Below are positions 62,424 through 64,000 of a stretch of 64,000 bases of DNA, piece after piece (the first letter of the stretch is position 1; every line of letters starts with the position of its first letter). A program made the position numbers and the translations under genes. The notes below the pieces were generated by a model. The model was not told the DNA's origin, ran no database searches, and saw only the letters and a list, made by a program, of their open reading frames with translations. Origin of the DNA: Mobula birostris (lineage: Eukaryota); assembly GCF_030028105.1 (NCBI RefSeq), contig NC_092375.1, forward strand, positions 45,917,130 through 45,981,129, written 5' to 3'.

Positions 62424-63520
62424 CAGGACCTTGTAAAGGTATTCAGCTCCTAGACCTTTGTTCACATAAATCAGTATACCAACTTTGATCAATTTAACTA
62501 AAAAATTTAAGTGTGAATCATATGCTCCTTTTTTCACAGTAGAGCCAAAAAAAGGGAAAATTTTAAAGCATGAAAAACTAAAAATTCAAAAACTGAAATG
62601 CTAGCAGTTCAAAAGTATTCATCCCCCTTTACACAGGACTTAGTTGTACCACCTCTCCCAGCTATTACAGCCAGCAAAATTGTTTAAGCGTTGCCAGGTT
62701 TGTTAGGGAGCAGCGATGCACAGCAATCTTGAAGTCTTACAAGAGATGTTTCATCAAGTTAAGGTCAGGACTCTGACTGGCCACTCAAGGACATTAATTT
62801 TCTTCATTTGAAACTACTCCACGGTTGCTCTGACAGTGTGCATTGGGTCATTGTTCTGCCAGTTTAAGCTTTCTGGCAGAGGTTAGTAGATTTTTATCCA
62901 GGATCTCCCTGTATTTAGCAGCATTCATCTTCCCGTCAATCCTGACTAAATTTCCAGTCCCTGCTGCTGAAAAGTATCCTCATAGCATGATGCAACCTCC
63001 ATCAGTAGGAATAGTGTTACCTGTCTGATACACAGTATTAGATTTATACCAGATGTACCACTTAGTGTTGAGGCCAAAAAGTTCCACTTTAGTCTCATCT
63101 GACCACAAGACCTTCTTCTACATCTTTACAGTGTCTTCTAAGTGACACTTTGCAAAGTCTTTTACAGGCAAGGATATGCTTTTTTTTTTTTGCTAAGGCT
63201 TCTTCCTTGCCAGTCTTCCACAAATACCAAGGCCTTAGAGAATGTGGAGCCATGAACTTCATCTCCAGTTGCAGCCACTGACTTCAGCAGCTCACTCGGA
63301 GTGACTATTGGCATCACAGTGGCCTGTCTTATAAGTGCCATTCTTCTCCAGCGACTACGTTTAGAGGAGCGGCCTGACCTAGGCAGTGTGGCTGTGGCTT
63401 CATATTTTTTTCAAGATGGACTGCACTGAGCTCTGAGGTATGTTCGGTGCCTTTGAGATGACCTTGACCCCTTCCCCAGATTTGTGCTTTGCTGTTATCA
63501 TTTCCCTGACTTGTCTTGAA
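62424..63520 (-). mobile_element. Tc1/mariner transposon remnant (one TIR)
   Basis: TA|CAGGACCTTGTAAAGGTATTCAG terminus, inner DR AAAAGTATTCATCCCC ~62611, and transposase remnants similar to 250-1100 (KVLWSDETKVELFG on the minus strand at ~63070-63115). Confidence 0.85.
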
Positions 63521-63524
63521 TAAT

Positions 63525-64000
63525 CCAACCTGATGGCACGAAGTTACCATAACTAGACAGTCTGAAGGTAGATAAGTCACCTGGACCAGAAGGTGTACAA
63601 TCCAGAGTTCTGAAAGAGGTAGCTGAAGAGATTGTGGAGGCATTAGTGATGATCTTTCAAGAATCACTAGATTCTGGAATGGTTTAGAAGATTGGAAAAT
63701 TGCAGATGTTACTCTACTCTTCAAGAAGGGAGAGAGGCAGAAGAAAGGAAATATAGGCCAATTAGTTTGACCTCCATAGTTGGGAAGATGTTGGAGTCAA
63801 TTATTAATGGCGAGGATACAGGGTACTTGGAGGCACATGATAAAATAGGCCATAGTCAGTGTAAGTTTCCTCAAGGAAAAATCTTGCCTGACAGATCTGT
63901 CAGAATTCTTTGAAGAAATAACAAGCATGATAGACAAAGGAGAATCAGTTAATGTTGTGTAGTTGGATTTTCAGAAGGCCTTGACAAGGTGCCACACATG
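63525..64000 (+). mobile_element. CR1 ORF2 RT-region fragment, running off the window
   Basis: [35 protein letters not shown] and DFQKA.DKVPH. Confidence 0.88.

Overview
Repeat-rich vertebrate genomic DNA. The transposon mix (CR1, Rex1/Babar-like, RTE, HERO, Penelope-like, Tc1, Gypsy, tRNA-SINEs) suggests a cartilaginous fish (inference). One host gene is recognisable: the neural bHLH factor NHLH1 (HEN1/NSCL1), with a single coding exon at 36729-37088 (+) and a probable non-coding first exon near 34570-34982, inside a ~7 kb transposon-poor island. Most of the rest is decayed and often deeply nested mobile DNA. The most striking signal is a set of Penelope-like (GIY-YIG) insertions carrying minimal hammerhead ribozyme motifs from two families. 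They are flanked by 9-16 bp target-site duplications and include fold-back 'both tails out' structures and very short copies that start at the ribozyme. Hammerheads in Penelope-like elements are an established class, so novelty here is limited to the family and arrangement level. I see no evidence for a wholly new gene system. All calls come from reading the sequence, without database searches, and boundaries of old repeats are approximate.
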